This document shows positions 26,528 through 37,220 of a stretch of 64,000 bases of DNA, one piece after another. Origin of the DNA: an uncultured delta proteobacterium (GTDB taxonomy: Bacteria > Myxococcota_A > Polyangia > Polyangiales > Polyangiaceae); NCBI GenBank assembly GCA_963782055.1, contig CAWAIF010000003.1:1984001-2048000 (forward strand). The letters are read 5' to 3'. The notes under the pieces were generated by a model. It was not told the origin of the DNA and ran no database searches. It was given only the letters and a program-made list of their open reading frames with translations. The position numbers were made by a program, and so were the translations under genes. Within the stretch, counting starts at the first letter, position 1; every line of letters begins with the position of its first letter.

Positions 26528-29500
26528 ATGGCTGCGGCGCGCGGGGTGTCATCTTCGTTGGCGGTCGCCGGCGACTGGGTGCTGGAGGCTCCGGTCGGCC
26601 GGGGCGCGACCTCCGTCGTCTACCGCGCCAGCCACCGCGAGAGCGGCGTGCAGGCGGCGGTGAAGGTGCTCGCCGCCGGAATCGCCCCAGGAGAGGCTGA
26701 GCTGCTGGCGCGGCTGGGCCGGCGGTGGGGGCCGGCGCTGCTCGACGTGGGGCGGCTGCCCTCCGGTCAGACCTTCCTCGCCACCGAGTGGACCGAGGGC
26801 GAGCCCCTCGCGGTCGCGGCGCGTGAGGGGGAGCAGCGCGCGCTGATCGTCGCCCACGCCGTCGGGCGGGCCCTGGCCGAGCTGCACGCGTCAGGCGTGC
26901 GACACGGGGACGTGAAGCCCGCCAACGTGCTGTGGCATGGCCGGAAGCCCGCACGCGACGTGCCGACCGAGCGCGGCGCCACCCTCATCGACCTCGGGCT
27001 GGCGACGCGGGTGGGCGCCGCCGCGCGCGGCGGGACGGCGCGCTACGCGGCGCCAGAGCTGGCGCGTGGGGCGGACGTGGGACCGCGCGCGGACCTGTTC
27101 GCCCTCGGCGTGATGCTGGCGGAGCTGCTCGAGCCGGCGCTGGCGACGGCGACCGATCCCGCGGCGAGGGTCGCGAGCTGGACGGGGAAAGGGGACATCG
27201 CGCGGGTGGCGGCGCTGCTGCTCTCTCCGCACCCCGGCGCGCGTCCGGACGCGGCGTGGGTGGCCGATCGCGCCGCGCGGCTGCTCGCGCTGCCGGCCGA
27301 CCCGGCGGAGCCGGGCGAGGCGCGGGCCGCGGAGGTGCGGCGGGCATACCTCGCGCTGCGAGCGCCGGAGATCGCCGGCGCGACCGGGGTCGCCGACGAT
27401 GTGCGTGGCCCGGCGCGGGGATGGCTGGAAGAGGCGTGCTCGCTCGCGCGCAGGATCCGTCCGGCGGAAGGCGAGTCGCTCCTCGGTGCGAGCAGCGCGC
27501 TCGTTCGCTCGCGCTGGCTGGTCGCGCTGGTCGGCGCGGCGGCGGCGGCGTGGCCCGTCGACACGGTGGCCGAGGACGTGTTCGCCGACCGCCTGCTCGC
27601 GCTCGCGCGGGAGCGGCCCTTCTCGTCGTGGACGCTCGCCGATCTGCGCGGCGCGCGGCCGGCAGCCCTCGAGCGCGGCAAGGGGAACGCGACCGATCGC
27701 GCGGTGGCGCTCGCCCTCGCGCTCGCGCGCGCGAACCCGCGCAAGGAGGCGCTGGCGGAGGCGGAGGCGATGGTCTCGGCGCACCCCGCTCCGGCGCTCG
27801 CGCTCGCGCTCGCCGAGGCGCTGGCGCGAGCAGGGGAGATCGGACGCGCGCGGCTCGCGCTCGACGGGATCGAGGGGGCGCGCGCGGAGGTGCTGCGGGC
27901 GGAGCTGGCGCGTCGCGCGGGCGACCGCGCCGGCGCAGAGAAGGCGGCACGGGCGGCGCTCGCGCAGCGCGACGCGCCCGCCGGTCTCGCGTCTCGTGCC
28001 GCCTCGGTGCTCGGCAGGCTCGCGTGGGACACGGGCGATGACGCGGGGGCCGCGCGCGCGCTCGAGGGCCACGCCGGCCCGGCGCCCGCGGAGGTGGCCG
28101 CGCTGGTGGCGTACCGGCACGGCGCCTTCGACGCGGGGCTGCGCGTGGTGGCCGACGCGTTGCCGCTCTGCGACGACGCCCTCTCCCGCGCGCGCCTGGA
28201 GAGCATGCGCGGCTACCTGGAGCACGCGGCGGGTCGCTCGCGGCCGGCGCTGGAGGCGTACGCGCGCGCGGTGGATCTCGCCACGCAGTGCGGCGCGGTG
28301 CCGGAGGAGGCGACCTATCTCGTCGGCGAGGCGGCCTCCGCGCTCGACGCCGGCGACGTGGGACGCGGTATCCGCAGCGCGACGCGCGGCGCGCTCCTGC
28401 TCGAGCGCCTAGGACGCTTCTCGGAGGCCTCCGTCGCGTGGCTCGGCCGCGCCGGGGCCTTCGCCGCGCTGGGCGCGACGCACGAGGCGGACGTGGGAGC
28501 CGGGCAGGCGATGGCCCTCGCCGGACCTGACGCGCGCGCGCGGGCGTTCGCCCGGTGGGCGCGGGTGGAGACGCGGCCGGAGGGTGATCCCGTCGCGCGG
28601 GAGGAGTCGCTCGCCGCGCGCGCGGACCTCGCGACCTCCGGCGTCGAGGATCGGGTGCGGGCGGAGGCGCGCGCGCTGGTGTGGGCGCCGGACGCGGTGG
28701 ACGCCGACGCCATCCGATCGACTGACCGCGCGTCGGCGGCGGCGAGCGGCGCCGCGCGCTGGGAGTGGTGGGGGGCGCGTGCCCGTCGCATCGTCGCCGG
28801 CGGTGGCGAGGGCGAGGGCGCGGCGGAGGTGCTCGCGGCGCTCGTCGGCCTGGTGGACACGCCGGCGCCGCTGTGGTGGCGCGGCCCCGCGCTCGCCGCG
28901 GGCCGCGACCTGGCGATGAAGCTCGGCGACGGCGAGGCGGCGCGGCGGCTGGAGGCGTTGCGGCGAGAGGCGGCGTCGCGCCTGCGCGAGACCACGCCGC
29001 CGGAGCACGCCGACCAGCTCACGCAGCTCGCGTGGATGCGCGACGTCGCGCGGGAGGAGTCGGGGCTGCTGCCCGAGCAGATCGGGCAGCTGGAGACCAT
29101 CGTGCGCTCGCTCTCGTACCGCGAGCGGCTCCGCCCGCTGCTCGAGCAGGTGCTCGACGCCATGGTGCTCTGGGTGGGCGTGGAGCGCGGCCTGCTCCTG
29201 CTGCGTGCGCCGCCGCGCGCCGGCGACGACGCCGTGCGGCTGGTGCCACGCGCCGCGCGCAACCTGGCGCGGGAGGACCTGCGCGGCGAGCAGCTCGCGC
29301 TCTCCATGACGCTGGCGCGCCGGGCGATGGAGAGCGGCGAGGCGGTGGTCGCCACCGACGCCTTCTCCACGATGGGCGACGTGCACGCGTCGGTGCACGC
29401 GCTGCGGCTGCGCAGCGTGCTGGCGGTGCCGCTCGTCGCCCGCGGCGAGACGCTGGGCGTCGTCTACCTGGACGACCGCGGGCGCCGCGGCGCCTTCGGC

Positions 29501-30667
29501 CCGCGCGAGCTCTCCTGGGTGAGCCTGCTGGCGAGCCAGGCGGCGCTCGCCATCGCCGACGCGCGCGATCAGGCGCTGCTCCGGCGGGCGGCGCGGCGCG
29601 CGGAGCGGGCGCAGCGCGAGCTCGCCGGCATCCTCTCCGACCGGGAGGCGGAGCTGTTCGTCACGCGCACCGAGCTGGAGGCGGCGAAGGGGGAGGCGAC
29701 GCGCTTCCGCTACGACCGCATCGCCGGGCGCAGCGAGCCGATGCGCGAGCTGTTGCGCGTGGTCGACCGCGTGACCACCAGCGACGTGCCGGTGCTCGTC
29801 GTCGGCGAGAGCGGGACCGGCAAGGAGCTCATCGCCCGCGCGATGCACGAGAACGGCCCCCGCGCGCGCCGCCCCTTCGTGAGCGAGAACTGCGCCGCGG
29901 TGCCGGAGACGCTCCTGGAGTCCGCGCTCTTCGGCCACGTGAAGGGCGCCTTCACCGGCGCGTCGCAGACGCGGCCGGGCCTGTTCGAGGTGGCCGACGG
30001 CGGCACCCTCTTCCTCGACGAGATCGGCGAGATGCCGCTCTCCATGCAGGCCAAGCTGCTGCGGGTGCTGCAGGACGGCGAGGTGCGGCCTGTTGGCTCC
30101 GACCGGATGCGGCGGGTGAACGTCCGGCTGGTCGCCGCGACGCACCGCGACCTGGAGGCGATGGTGCAGAAGCGCTCTTTCCGCGAGGACCTGTACTACC
30201 GGCTCAACGTCGTCACCGTGCGCGTGCCGTCGCTGCGGGAGCGCCGGCCGGACATCCCGCTCATCGTCTCGCACCTGCTCGCGCGGCACGCGCCGGGCCG
30301 CAAGGTGCGCGTGACGCGCGCGGCGATGGACCGCCTCGTCGCCTTCCCCTGGCCGGGCAACGTGCGGCAACTGGAGAACGAGGTGCGGCGCGCGCTGGTG
30401 CTGCTCTCCACGTCCGGCGAGCACGAGGCGGTGATCGACGTGGGCGATCTGTCGCCGGAGGTGGTCCGCGGAGGGCCGGACGCCGCGCGCGAGGCGGGGC
30501 TGGACCTGCGCGCGCGCGTGGACCTGCTGGAGACCGAGCTGCTGCGCGAGGCGCTCGCCAAGACGCAGGGCAACCAGACGCGCGCGGCCGAGCTGCTCGG
30601 CCTCTCGCGCTTCGGCCTGCAGAAGATGATGCGGCGGCTGAAGATCCTTGCGAAGGGGGCGTCGTGA
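26528..30667 (+). CDS. Ser/Thr kinase - helical repeat - GAF - sigma54 AAA+ - Fis HTH fusion
   Basis: HGDVKPAN, DLG, APE; GESGTGKE, GAFTGA, FLDEIGE, WPGNVRQLEN, GNQTRAAELLG; start uncertain. Confidence 0.92.
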   Translation: MAAARGVSSSLAVAGDWVLEAPVGRGATSVVYRASHRESGVQAAVKVLAAGIAPGEAELLARLGRRWGPALLDVGRLPSGQTFLATEWTEGEPLAVAAREGEQRALIVAHAVGRALAELHASGVRHGDVKPANVLWHGRKPARDVPTERGATLIDLGLATRVGAAARGGTARYAAPELARGADVGPRADLFALGVMLAELLEPALATATDPAARVASWTGKGDIARVAALLLSPHPGARPDAAWVADRAARLLALPADPAEPGEARAAEVRRAYLALRAPEIAGATGVADDVRGPARGWLEEACSLARRIRPAEGESLLGASSALVRSRWLVALVGAAAAAWPVDTVAEDVFADRLLALARERPFSSWTLADLRGARPAALERGKGNATDRAVALALALARANPRKEALAEAEAMVSAHPAPALALALAEALARAGEIGRARLALDGIEGARAEVLRAELARRAGDRAGAEKAARAALAQRDAPAGLASRAASVLGRLAWDTGDDAGAARALEGHAGPAPAEVAALVAYRHGAFDAGLRVVADALPLCDDALSRARLESMRGYLEHAAGRSRPALEAYARAVDLATQCGAVPEEATYLVGEAASALDAGDVGRGIRSATRGALLLERLGRFSEASVAWLGRAGAFAALGATHEADVGAGQAMALAGPDARARAFARWARVETRPEGDPVAREESLAARADLATSGVEDRVRAEARALVWAPDAVDADAIRSTDRASAAASGAARWEWWGARARRIVAGGGEGEGAAEVLAALVGLVDTPAPLWWRGPALAAGRDLAMKLGDGEAARRLEALRREAASRLRETTPPEHADQLTQLAWMRDVAREESGLLPEQIGQLETIVRSLSYRERLRPLLEQVLDAMVLWVGVERGLLLLRAPPRAGDDAVRLVPRAARNLAREDLRGEQLALSMTLARRAMESGEAVVATDAFSTMGDVHASVHALRLRSVLAVPLVARGETLGVVYLDDRGRRGAFGPRELSWVSLLASQAALAIADARDQALLRRAARRAERAQRELAGILSDREAELFVTRTELEAAKGEATRFRYDRIAGRSEPMRELLRVVDRVTTSDVPVLVVGESGTGKELIARAMHENGPRARRPFVSENCAAVPETLLESALFGHVKGAFTGASQTRPGLFEVADGGTLFLDEIGEMPLSMQAKLLRVLQDGEVRPVGSDRMRRVNVRLVAATHRDLEAMVQKRSFREDLYYRLNVVTVRVPSLRERRPDIPLIVSHLLARHAPGRKVRVTRAAMDRLVAFPWPGNVRQLENEVRRALVLLSTSGEHEAVIDVGDLSPEVVRGGPDAAREAGLDLRARVDLLETELLREALAKTQGNQTRAAELLGLSRFGLQKMMRRLKILAKGAS

Positions 30668-31182
30668 TCGCCGCGCTGGGTGACAGGGTGCCGCTCGTGG
30701 CGCCGGACGCGTACGTCGCCGAGGGGGCGACGGTGGTCGGCAGCGTGGAGCTCGGCGCGCGCGCCAGCGTGTGGTTCGGCGCGGTGCTGCGGGGCGACTG
30801 CGACCTGATCACGGTGGGGGAGGAGTCCAACATCCAGGACGGCGCCGTGCTTCACGCCGACGAGGGCGTCCCCCTCACCATGGGGGCGCGCGTCACCGTG
30901 GGGCACCGCGCGATGCTCCACGGGTGCTTCGTGGAGGACGAGGCGCTCATCGGCATCGGCGCGATCGTCCTGAACCGCGCGCGCATCGGACGCCACTGCA
31001 TCATCGGGGCCGCCGCGCTGATCCCGGAGGGCAAGGTCATCCCGGAGCGCAGCCTGGTCGTCGGGGTGCCCGGCCGCGTGGTGCGCCAGCTCACCGACGA
31101 GGAGGTCGCGAGCCTCCGCGACAGCGCCGCGCACTACGTGGAGCAGGCGCGACGCTTCCGGGAGTCGCTGCGGCGCCTCTGA
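30664..31182 (+). CDS. Gamma-carbonic anhydrase family protein
   Basis: LRGD, NIQDGAVLH, GHRAMLHG, hexapeptide repeats. Confidence 0.92.
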   Translation: MIAALGDRVPLVAPDAYVAEGATVVGSVELGARASVWFGAVLRGDCDLITVGEESNIQDGAVLHADEGVPLTMGARVTVGHRAMLHGCFVEDEALIGIGAIVLNRARIGRHCIIGAAALIPEGKVIPERSLVVGVPGRVVRQLTDEEVASLRDSAAHYVEQARRFRESLRRL

Positions 31183-31188
31183 ACGTCT

Positions 31189-31674
31189 TCAGGGCGCCTC
31201 GCCGCACGCGCTCTGCCTGACCGCGCCGCCCGGCTGGGTATAGGTCAGAAGCTCCGCCTTGCAGTCGGCCTCGGTGATGGCGCAGTGATCTTCTCCCTGC
31301 GCCCCGTCGAACCAGAGGTGCGTGCAGGAGGCCGTCTTCTCGGCGGAGCACGAGGGGACGGTCGAACCGTCGGCGTGCCGTGCCGCCGCGGCGCGGCAGT
31401 CCTTGCGCGATCGCCCGCAGACGCTCCGGGTCGCGCCCCCGGCTCGGTACTCGAAGCAGTACCAGCCCGGACCGCCTCCCGGTTTCGGCGCCTGCTCGGC
31501 GGGCACCGTGTCGATGGCCTTCATTCCGGCCATCATGGGCGACGCGTAGCCGGTGCTCGCGCCGGCGGCGTGCGGGTAGGACGTGACGGCGTACGCCGGG
31601 TGCAGCGCTGGCTGGCAGGCCACGACGAGCGTGGCGGTGGCGGTGAGGGGGCCCAGGTAGAGGAGGTGTCGCAT
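31189..31674 (-). CDS. Cys-rich lipoprotein
   Basis: Lipobox VVAC followed by 8 further Cys. Confidence 0.7.
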   Translation of the reverse strand: MRHLLYLGPLTATATLVVACQPALHPAYAVTSYPHAAGASTGYASPMMAGMKAIDTVPAEQAPKPGGGPGWYCFEYRAGGATRSVCGRSRKDCRAAAARHADGSTVPSCSAEKTASCTHLWFDGAQGEDHCAITEADCKAELLTYTQPGGAVRQSACGEAP

Positions 31675-31820
31675 GATGGCCGCTGGTACGAGCGCTGGCT
31701 GCCTACCTTCCGGCTGCGCTGATTACTTCGGATTACCCGGGCAGCCAGCACGCCGAGGAGGCCGGTCAGGGTGGCGCTGGACAACGCGTCGTAGATTCTG
31801 TAGATGTCCGTCCCTCCTCC

Positions 31821-31893
31821 GGGGCCGTAGCTCAGCTGGGAGAGCGCATCCATGGCATGGATGAGGTCAGGGGTTCGATCCCCCTCGGCTCCA
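31821..31893 (+). tRNA. tRNA-Ala(GGC)
   Basis: Cloverleaf; G3:U70; anticodon arm CATCC-ATGGCAT-GGATG; GTTCGATC; CCA not encoded. Confidence 0.96.
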
Positions 31894-32030
31894 CCCCTGG
31901 TCGCAGGGGCGGCACGCGCCGCCCCTCCCCGCCCAAGTCCATTGGGCGGGGCCCTCCCCGACGTGGGCGCTCAGCCTGCGGCTCGGACTCCAGTTCATTC
32001 ACGGCCTCGCGGTCGGGTATAGGTTGAGGC

Positions 32031-33440
32031 ATGTCGCGGGGCGCGCAGCTCGTGGCCGGCGCCCTGGCGCTGGGTCTCGCCGGCCTCCTGGCGGAGGCTT
32101 GCTCGCGCGCCTCCTCGTCCAGTCCGGAGTGTCCGCCCGTGACGTCCGCCACCGCGCCGTCCTCCGCGGCCGCGCCCGCCGCCCCGGCGCCTCGCTGGCC
32201 GGATCTGCCGCGCGGCCTCCCCGCCACCGAGCGCCTCGTCGCCTCGCAGGTCCTCCGGCCGGAGCCCACGTCCTCGGTCGCGCGCACGCCAGAGGCCATC
32301 TCCGCCGCCGCGCAGGACACCGCGCACGTGGTGACGGGCTACGACGCGATGGCCGCGGTGCTCGACCAGTGGCTGGAGGCGGACCACCACCCCGCCTACC
32401 TCCTCTTCGGCACGATGCACGACGCACCGTCGCACCTCACGGCGTTCCGCCGCGTCACCTCGCGCATGAAGAACCTCTGGGCGGTGGGCCTGGAGCAGCT
32501 CCGCGCCGCGGGCGAGTGGCGCGCGGCACCGGCGAGCGTCACCGCCGACGACGCCGATCTGGACGCCTTCTTCGCCGGTGACCGCGGCGCGCTGGAGCGC
32601 CTGGGCGGCAGGCAGCGCATGCTCGACTACGCGGCGTGGAAGTTCGGGTACGTGGCGGAGGTGGAGGACGAGATCATCGCGGCGCGCGGCGCGGGCACCC
32701 CGGCGCTCGGCTGCGACATGCCGCCGGAGCTACGCAAGGCGGTGCTCGCCGGCGCCGCCGACGGCGGGGACACGCTCTCCCACGCGCGCGAGCTGCACTG
32801 CGCGCTGGCGGTGCGCACGCGCCTCGCCGCCCTCGCCGCGCGGCACCCGGAGGGGGCCGAAGACGACGATCCGGCGCCCGCCCGCGTGGCCATGCTGGTC
32901 GGGGCCCTGCACGCCGAGCCGAGCGGCCTGCCCCGCTTCCTGCCGCCCGACGCGCGCGTGCGGTCCATCTACGTCTATGGCGGCCGTCCGTCGGACGACG
33001 ACCCGGCTCGCGACGAGCTCGCCGCGGGAGGCCTCCTGGTGACCGCGCCGCTCCTCCTCCCGCTCTCTCGCGACAAGGCGCAGCGGGAGTGGGCGCTGCT
33101 CCTTCCCACCGCCGCGGCGGCGGCGCGGGTGGACCGGGTGCACGACGCCGACGCGAAGGAGGGGGCGCGCCGTCGCGCCGCCGTCCACCGCGATCCCGCC
33201 CTGCCGCCGGTCACCCTCTTCGTGACGGTGGCCGAGCCCGCCACGGTGTCCATCGCCAACGCGCGGGTGGAGGTCGGCCCGCAGGGGGAGTGGCTCAGCC
33301 TGCGGGGAGGCCTGCACGCCTTCGACATCCGGGGCGCGGCCGGCCACGTGCTGGGGGCGGTGCGGGTGCCCTTCACCGGGCACGTGGAGCTGCGCGTCTC
33401 CCTCGCGACGCCGAGCATCGCGGTGACCGACTACGAGTGA
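32031..33440 (+). CDS. Hypothetical exported/lipoprotein
   Basis: Signal-like N-terminus with Cys; 469 aa. Confidence 0.7.
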   Translation: MSRGAQLVAGALALGLAGLLAEACSRASSSSPECPPVTSATAPSSAAAPAAPAPRWPDLPRGLPATERLVASQVLRPEPTSSVARTPEAISAAAQDTAHVVTGYDAMAAVLDQWLEADHHPAYLLFGTMHDAPSHLTAFRRVTSRMKNLWAVGLEQLRAAGEWRAAPASVTADDADLDAFFAGDRGALERLGGRQRMLDYAAWKFGYVAEVEDEIIAARGAGTPALGCDMPPELRKAVLAGAADGGDTLSHARELHCALAVRTRLAALAARHPEGAEDDDPAPARVAMLVGALHAEPSGLPRFLPPDARVRSIYVYGGRPSDDDPARDELAAGGLLVTAPLLLPLSRDKAQREWALLLPTAAAAARVDRVHDADAKEGARRRAAVHRDPALPPVTLFVTVAEPATVSIANARVEVGPQGEWLSLRGGLHAFDIRGAAGHVLGAVRVPFTGHVELRVSLATPSIAVTDYE

Positions 33441-33495
33441 TCGTCACGCGCACGGGCCATCTCCGGCCTTGGAAGTTTGCTAGGCTGCCGGCCCC

Positions 33496-34260
33496 ATGGA
33501 CTACGTCGACCCCTCGCTCCCCCGAGAGATGTTCGGGTGGGAGAGCCCTCGCCTCGGCATCCACATGCCCATCGTCCGCTACGGGAACTGGGGCCACCCG
33601 CTCATCCTCTACCCCACCGCGCAGGCCGACCTGCTCGACTGCGAGCGCTTCTACCTGATCAAGGCGCTCGAGCCGCTGCTCTTCGCCGGGCGCGTCACCG
33701 TCTTCGCCATCAACAGCATCAACGAGCACGCGTGGGGCCAGCGCGGGCTCCCCGTCGCCGAGAAGGCGCGGCGTCAGGCGCTGTACTCGGGGTACGTGGA
33801 GGAAGAGGTGGTGCCGCACATCCGCCGCTGCGTGCAGGACGAGAGCGCGCGCATCGGCGTCACCGGGGCGAGCTTCGGGGCGTTCCACGCCGCCAACCAG
33901 TTCTTCCGCCGGCCGGACCTCTTCGACACCCTCATCGGCATGAGCGGCCTGTACGACCTGCGCACGCACTACACCAACGGCTTCTCCAGCGACGACCTGT
34001 ACTTCAACAACCCGCCCAGCTTCGTCCCGGGGATGAACGACGGGCGCATGCTCGACCTCATCAAGCACCACAGCCAGATTCACATCCTGACGGGGCAGGG
34101 GCAGTGGGAGCACCCGGAGGCGTCGGTGGAGTTCTCGCGCCTGCTCTGGGCGCACGGCATCTGGAACAACCTGGACATGTGGGGACACGACATGAAGCAC
34201 GACTGGCCCACCTGGCGGCAGCAGCTGCCGTACTACCTGGCGGAGCGCGTCGGATGGTAG
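33496..34260 (+). CDS. Alpha/beta-hydrolase esterase
   Basis: GASFG nucleophile elbow; HDW. Confidence 0.9.
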   Translation: MDYVDPSLPREMFGWESPRLGIHMPIVRYGNWGHPLILYPTAQADLLDCERFYLIKALEPLLFAGRVTVFAINSINEHAWGQRGLPVAEKARRQALYSGYVEEEVVPHIRRCVQDESARIGVTGASFGAFHAANQFFRRPDLFDTLIGMSGLYDLRTHYTNGFSSDDLYFNNPPSFVPGMNDGRMLDLIKHHSQIHILTGQGQWEHPEASVEFSRLLWAHGIWNNLDMWGHDMKHDWPTWRQQLPYYLAERVGW

Positions 34261-35216
34261 CCAGCAGCAGCCCTTCGGCGCTCCGGGTGGGCCTGCTCGT
34301 CGGGCGCGAGCGCACCTTCCCGGAGGCGCTCATCGCCGAGATCGCGAAGCGCGGGGCGGGCGTCACCTGCGAGTACGCCGAGTTCTCGGCGCCGCGCGCC
34401 CACGAGCCGCCGGCCTGGGCGGTCCTGGTGGACCGCATCTCGCACGAGATCCCGTGCTACCAGCCGTACCTCAAGCTGGCCGCGCTTCACGGGACGCGGG
34501 TCGTCAACAACCCCTTCTGGCGCATCGCCGACGACAAGTTCTTCAACGTGGCGCTCGCCGGGCGACTGGGCGTCGCCGCGCCGAAGACGGTGCTGCTGCC
34601 GTCGAAGGCCTACGGCGACGACGTCAACGGCGCCTCGCTGGAGCGCAACATGCGCTACGTCGACTGGGAGGCGCTCGTGGCGGAGCTCGGCCTGCCCCTG
34701 TTCGTCAAGCCGCACTGGGGCGGCGGCTGGCGCGACGTGCACCGCGTCACGTCGAAGGAGGAGCTGCTCGGCGTCTACGACCGCAGCGGCCGCACCACCC
34801 TCATCGTGCAGGAGGCCATCGAGTGGACGCAGTACACGCGGTGCATCGTCATCGGCCAGCGTGACGTGCGCGTGGCGCTATGGGACCCGCGCCTCTCCCA
34901 CTTCGACCGCTACGCGCGCGCGGCCGAGACGATGCCCGCGCTCGACCCGGCCCTGAAGGAGCGTGTCGCCCACGACGCCCTGCTGCTGAGCCAGGCGCTC
35001 GGCTACGACATGAACACGGTCGAGCTGGCGATCAAGGACGGCGTGCCGTACGCCATCGACTTCATGAACTCGGCGCCCGACTTCGACATCTCCTCGCTGG
35101 GGGAGTCGCACTTCGCGTGGACGGTGGCGCGGATGGCCGACCTCTGCATCGACGGCGCGCGCGACCGGGGCCACGCGCGCTTCCGCTGGGACGATCTGTT
35201 GCGGGGCTCGAGGTGA
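34254..35216 (+). CDS. ATP-grasp ligase (RimK-like)
   Basis: NNPFW..DDKF, KPHWGGGW, QEAI, IDFMN. Confidence 0.88.
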   Translation: MVASSSPSALRVGLLVGRERTFPEALIAEIAKRGAGVTCEYAEFSAPRAHEPPAWAVLVDRISHEIPCYQPYLKLAALHGTRVVNNPFWRIADDKFFNVALAGRLGVAAPKTVLLPSKAYGDDVNGASLERNMRYVDWEALVAELGLPLFVKPHWGGGWRDVHRVTSKEELLGVYDRSGRTTLIVQEAIEWTQYTRCIVIGQRDVRVALWDPRLSHFDRYARAAETMPALDPALKERVAHDALLLSQALGYDMNTVELAIKDGVPYAIDFMNSAPDFDISSLGESHFAWTVARMADLCIDGARDRGHARFRWDDLLRGSR

Positions 35217-35217
35217 C

Positions 35218-36447
35218 ATGGACCGCCACAGGCGCGACGCGTTCAACGCGCAGGACACGGACGCCCTCTTCGCGCGCTACCGCGACACGCTGACGGCGCA
35301 GCTCGGGCCGTTCCCCTTTCGCCTCGCCGAGACGCCGCTCTTCCTCTCGCGCACGCTGCGCGAGCACCTGCGCCAGTCGGCGGTGGAGATCGTCGGGCAG
35401 CTCACCCGGCCGGCGACCCACGTCGAGCTGATGAAGGCGATCCCCGCGCACTACGCCGCGCCGGGGATGGACGCGCTGCCCGACTGCGTGCAGGTGGACT
35501 TCGCCCTGGTGCGCGGCCCCTCCGGCGAGATCGAGGGCAAGCTGGTGGAGCTGCAGGCGTTCCCGTCGCTCTACGCGCTGGAGACGGTGGAGGCGGACGC
35601 GTGGAACGAGACGCTCGGCGCGGTGCCCGGGCTGGAGGGCGAGTGGACGTGCTTCTTCTCGGAGGACCGCGCGGCGTCGCTGGCGCTGATGCGCGGCGCC
35701 ATCCTGGGCGGCCTCGCGCCGGAGGAGGTGGCGCTCGTCGACTTCCAGCCGATGTCGCAGAAGACCGCGCCGGACTTCGCCGCCACCAAGCGGCTCTTCG
35801 ACGTGGACGCGGTGTGCGTCACCGAGATCGAGCGCGAGGGCAGGCGCCTGTTCCGCAAGAAGGACGGCCGGCGCGTGCCGCTGCGGCGCATCTACAACCG
35901 GATGGTGTTCGACGAGCTTGAGGCCAAGAAGGTGCCGGTGCCCTTCGGCTGGAACGACGAGCTGGACGTGACCTGGTGCTCGCACCCCAACTGGTACTGG
36001 GTCTGGTCCAAGTACTCGATGCCCTACCTCGACCACCCGGCGGTGCCGCGCGCGCGCTTCCTCTCCGACCTGGGCGAGCTGCCGGAGGACCTCACCGGCT
36101 ACGTGCTCAAGCCGCTCTTCTCCTTCGCCGGGGCGGGGGTGATCGTCGACGTCACGCGGGAGGCGATCGAGGCGGTGCCGGCGGAGCGGCGCGGTCAGTA
36201 CCTGCTTCAGGAAAAGGTGCAGTATGCATGGACCATCCGCATGCCCGGCGCGGCGGAGCCGCTGGAGGCGCACAACGCGGTGAAGGCGGAGGTGCGGGTC
36301 ATGCTGATGCGCGGGGGCCCGGGCAAGCCGCTGGAGGCGCTGTTGCCGCTGGTGCGCCTCTCACGCGGCAAGATGCTGGGCGTGGACCAGAACCGCGACG
36401 CCGAGACGCGCTGGACCGGCGGCGCCGTCGGCATCTGGACGATGTGA
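35218..36447 (+). CDS. Circularly permuted ATP-grasp-like ligase
   Basis: VDF, ELQAFPS, RIYNR, LKPLFSFAGAGV, LQEKV. Confidence 0.75.
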   Translation: MDRHRRDAFNAQDTDALFARYRDTLTAQLGPFPFRLAETPLFLSRTLREHLRQSAVEIVGQLTRPATHVELMKAIPAHYAAPGMDALPDCVQVDFALVRGPSGEIEGKLVELQAFPSLYALETVEADAWNETLGAVPGLEGEWTCFFSEDRAASLALMRGAILGGLAPEEVALVDFQPMSQKTAPDFAATKRLFDVDAVCVTEIEREGRRLFRKKDGRRVPLRRIYNRMVFDELEAKKVPVPFGWNDELDVTWCSHPNWYWVWSKYSMPYLDHPAVPRARFLSDLGELPEDLTGYVLKPLFSFAGAGVIVDVTREAIEAVPAERRGQYLLQEKVQYAWTIRMPGAAEPLEAHNAVKAEVRVMLMRGGPGKPLEALLPLVRLSRGKMLGVDQNRDAETRWTGGAVGIWTM

Positions 36448-36611
36448 ACGACCTCGGACGCCTGCGGCCTGAGAGGATGCCCGGGGGGCGGTCGGGCCTC
36501 TCTGACGACGCGGCGGACGCGCAAGGCCGGCTCTCGCCGCGGGGCTGCGCCCGGCGCCCACAGATCCTCCCGGCTCGCTGGAACGTGGCCCGGCGGCCTG
36601 CGGGGACCTGG

Positions 36612-37208
36612 TCACGCCCTCGGCGCGGCCAGCGCGAGTGCACGATCGAGCTCGCGCTGGCGCTGCGCGCGTTGCTTCTGGGCGTGGCGGGCGCGGTCGC
36701 AGTCCCGTGAAACCCAGAACCCGTACTCCGCACGCCGGTCCAGCGTCGCCTCGTCGCCGAATCCGAGCCGGATGCGCATGCAGAGCGCCTCGAGGTGTCT
36801 GCGCGCGCTGGCGCACCGCCGCGGGTCGGGCCAGCGCCGCTCGCCCGGCGCAAGCGCGCCGTCCAGCGCGAGCCCCACGTGCCCCACGAGCACGAGCCCG
36901 TAGTACGCCCGCCGGATGCGCCGACGCCCCTCGGGCGTGAGCGCGACGATGACCTCGCGCCCGTCACGCCGCCGGGTGACGAGCCCGATCGTCTCGAGCG
37001 ACCGCATCATCTCGCTGATGGTGGCCCGCGCCACGCCGAGCCCGCGCCGCAGGTCGCTCTGGAAGTGTGCGCACCCCGTCCCGAGCCGGTAGAGCGCATC
37101 GAGCACGTCGAACCGTGCCGCCGTCAGCCCCATCGCCCGGAGCGCCCGCCGCGTGAGCCGGAGCGTCGCGTAATAGGCCCGCTTGATCGTGAAGAACACA
37201 GGATCCAT
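36612..37208 (-). CDS. MarR-like winged-helix protein
   Basis: GLTAARFDVL, QSDLRRGLGVARATISEM, GLV, LTPEGR. Confidence 0.8.
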   Translation of the reverse strand: MDPVFFTIKRAYYATLRLTRRALRAMGLTAARFDVLDALYRLGTGCAHFQSDLRRGLGVARATISEMMRSLETIGLVTRRRDGREVIVALTPEGRRRIRRAYYGLVLVGHVGLALDGALAPGERRWPDPRRCASARRHLEALCMRIRLGFGDEATLDRRAEYGFWVSRDCDRARHAQKQRAQRQRELDRALALAAPRA

Positions 37209-37220
37209 CCCCGCCCCCCA

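Noticed and set aside
31821..33440. Genomic island integrated at tRNA-Ala
   Set aside because: No integrase, att duplication or compositional shift seen
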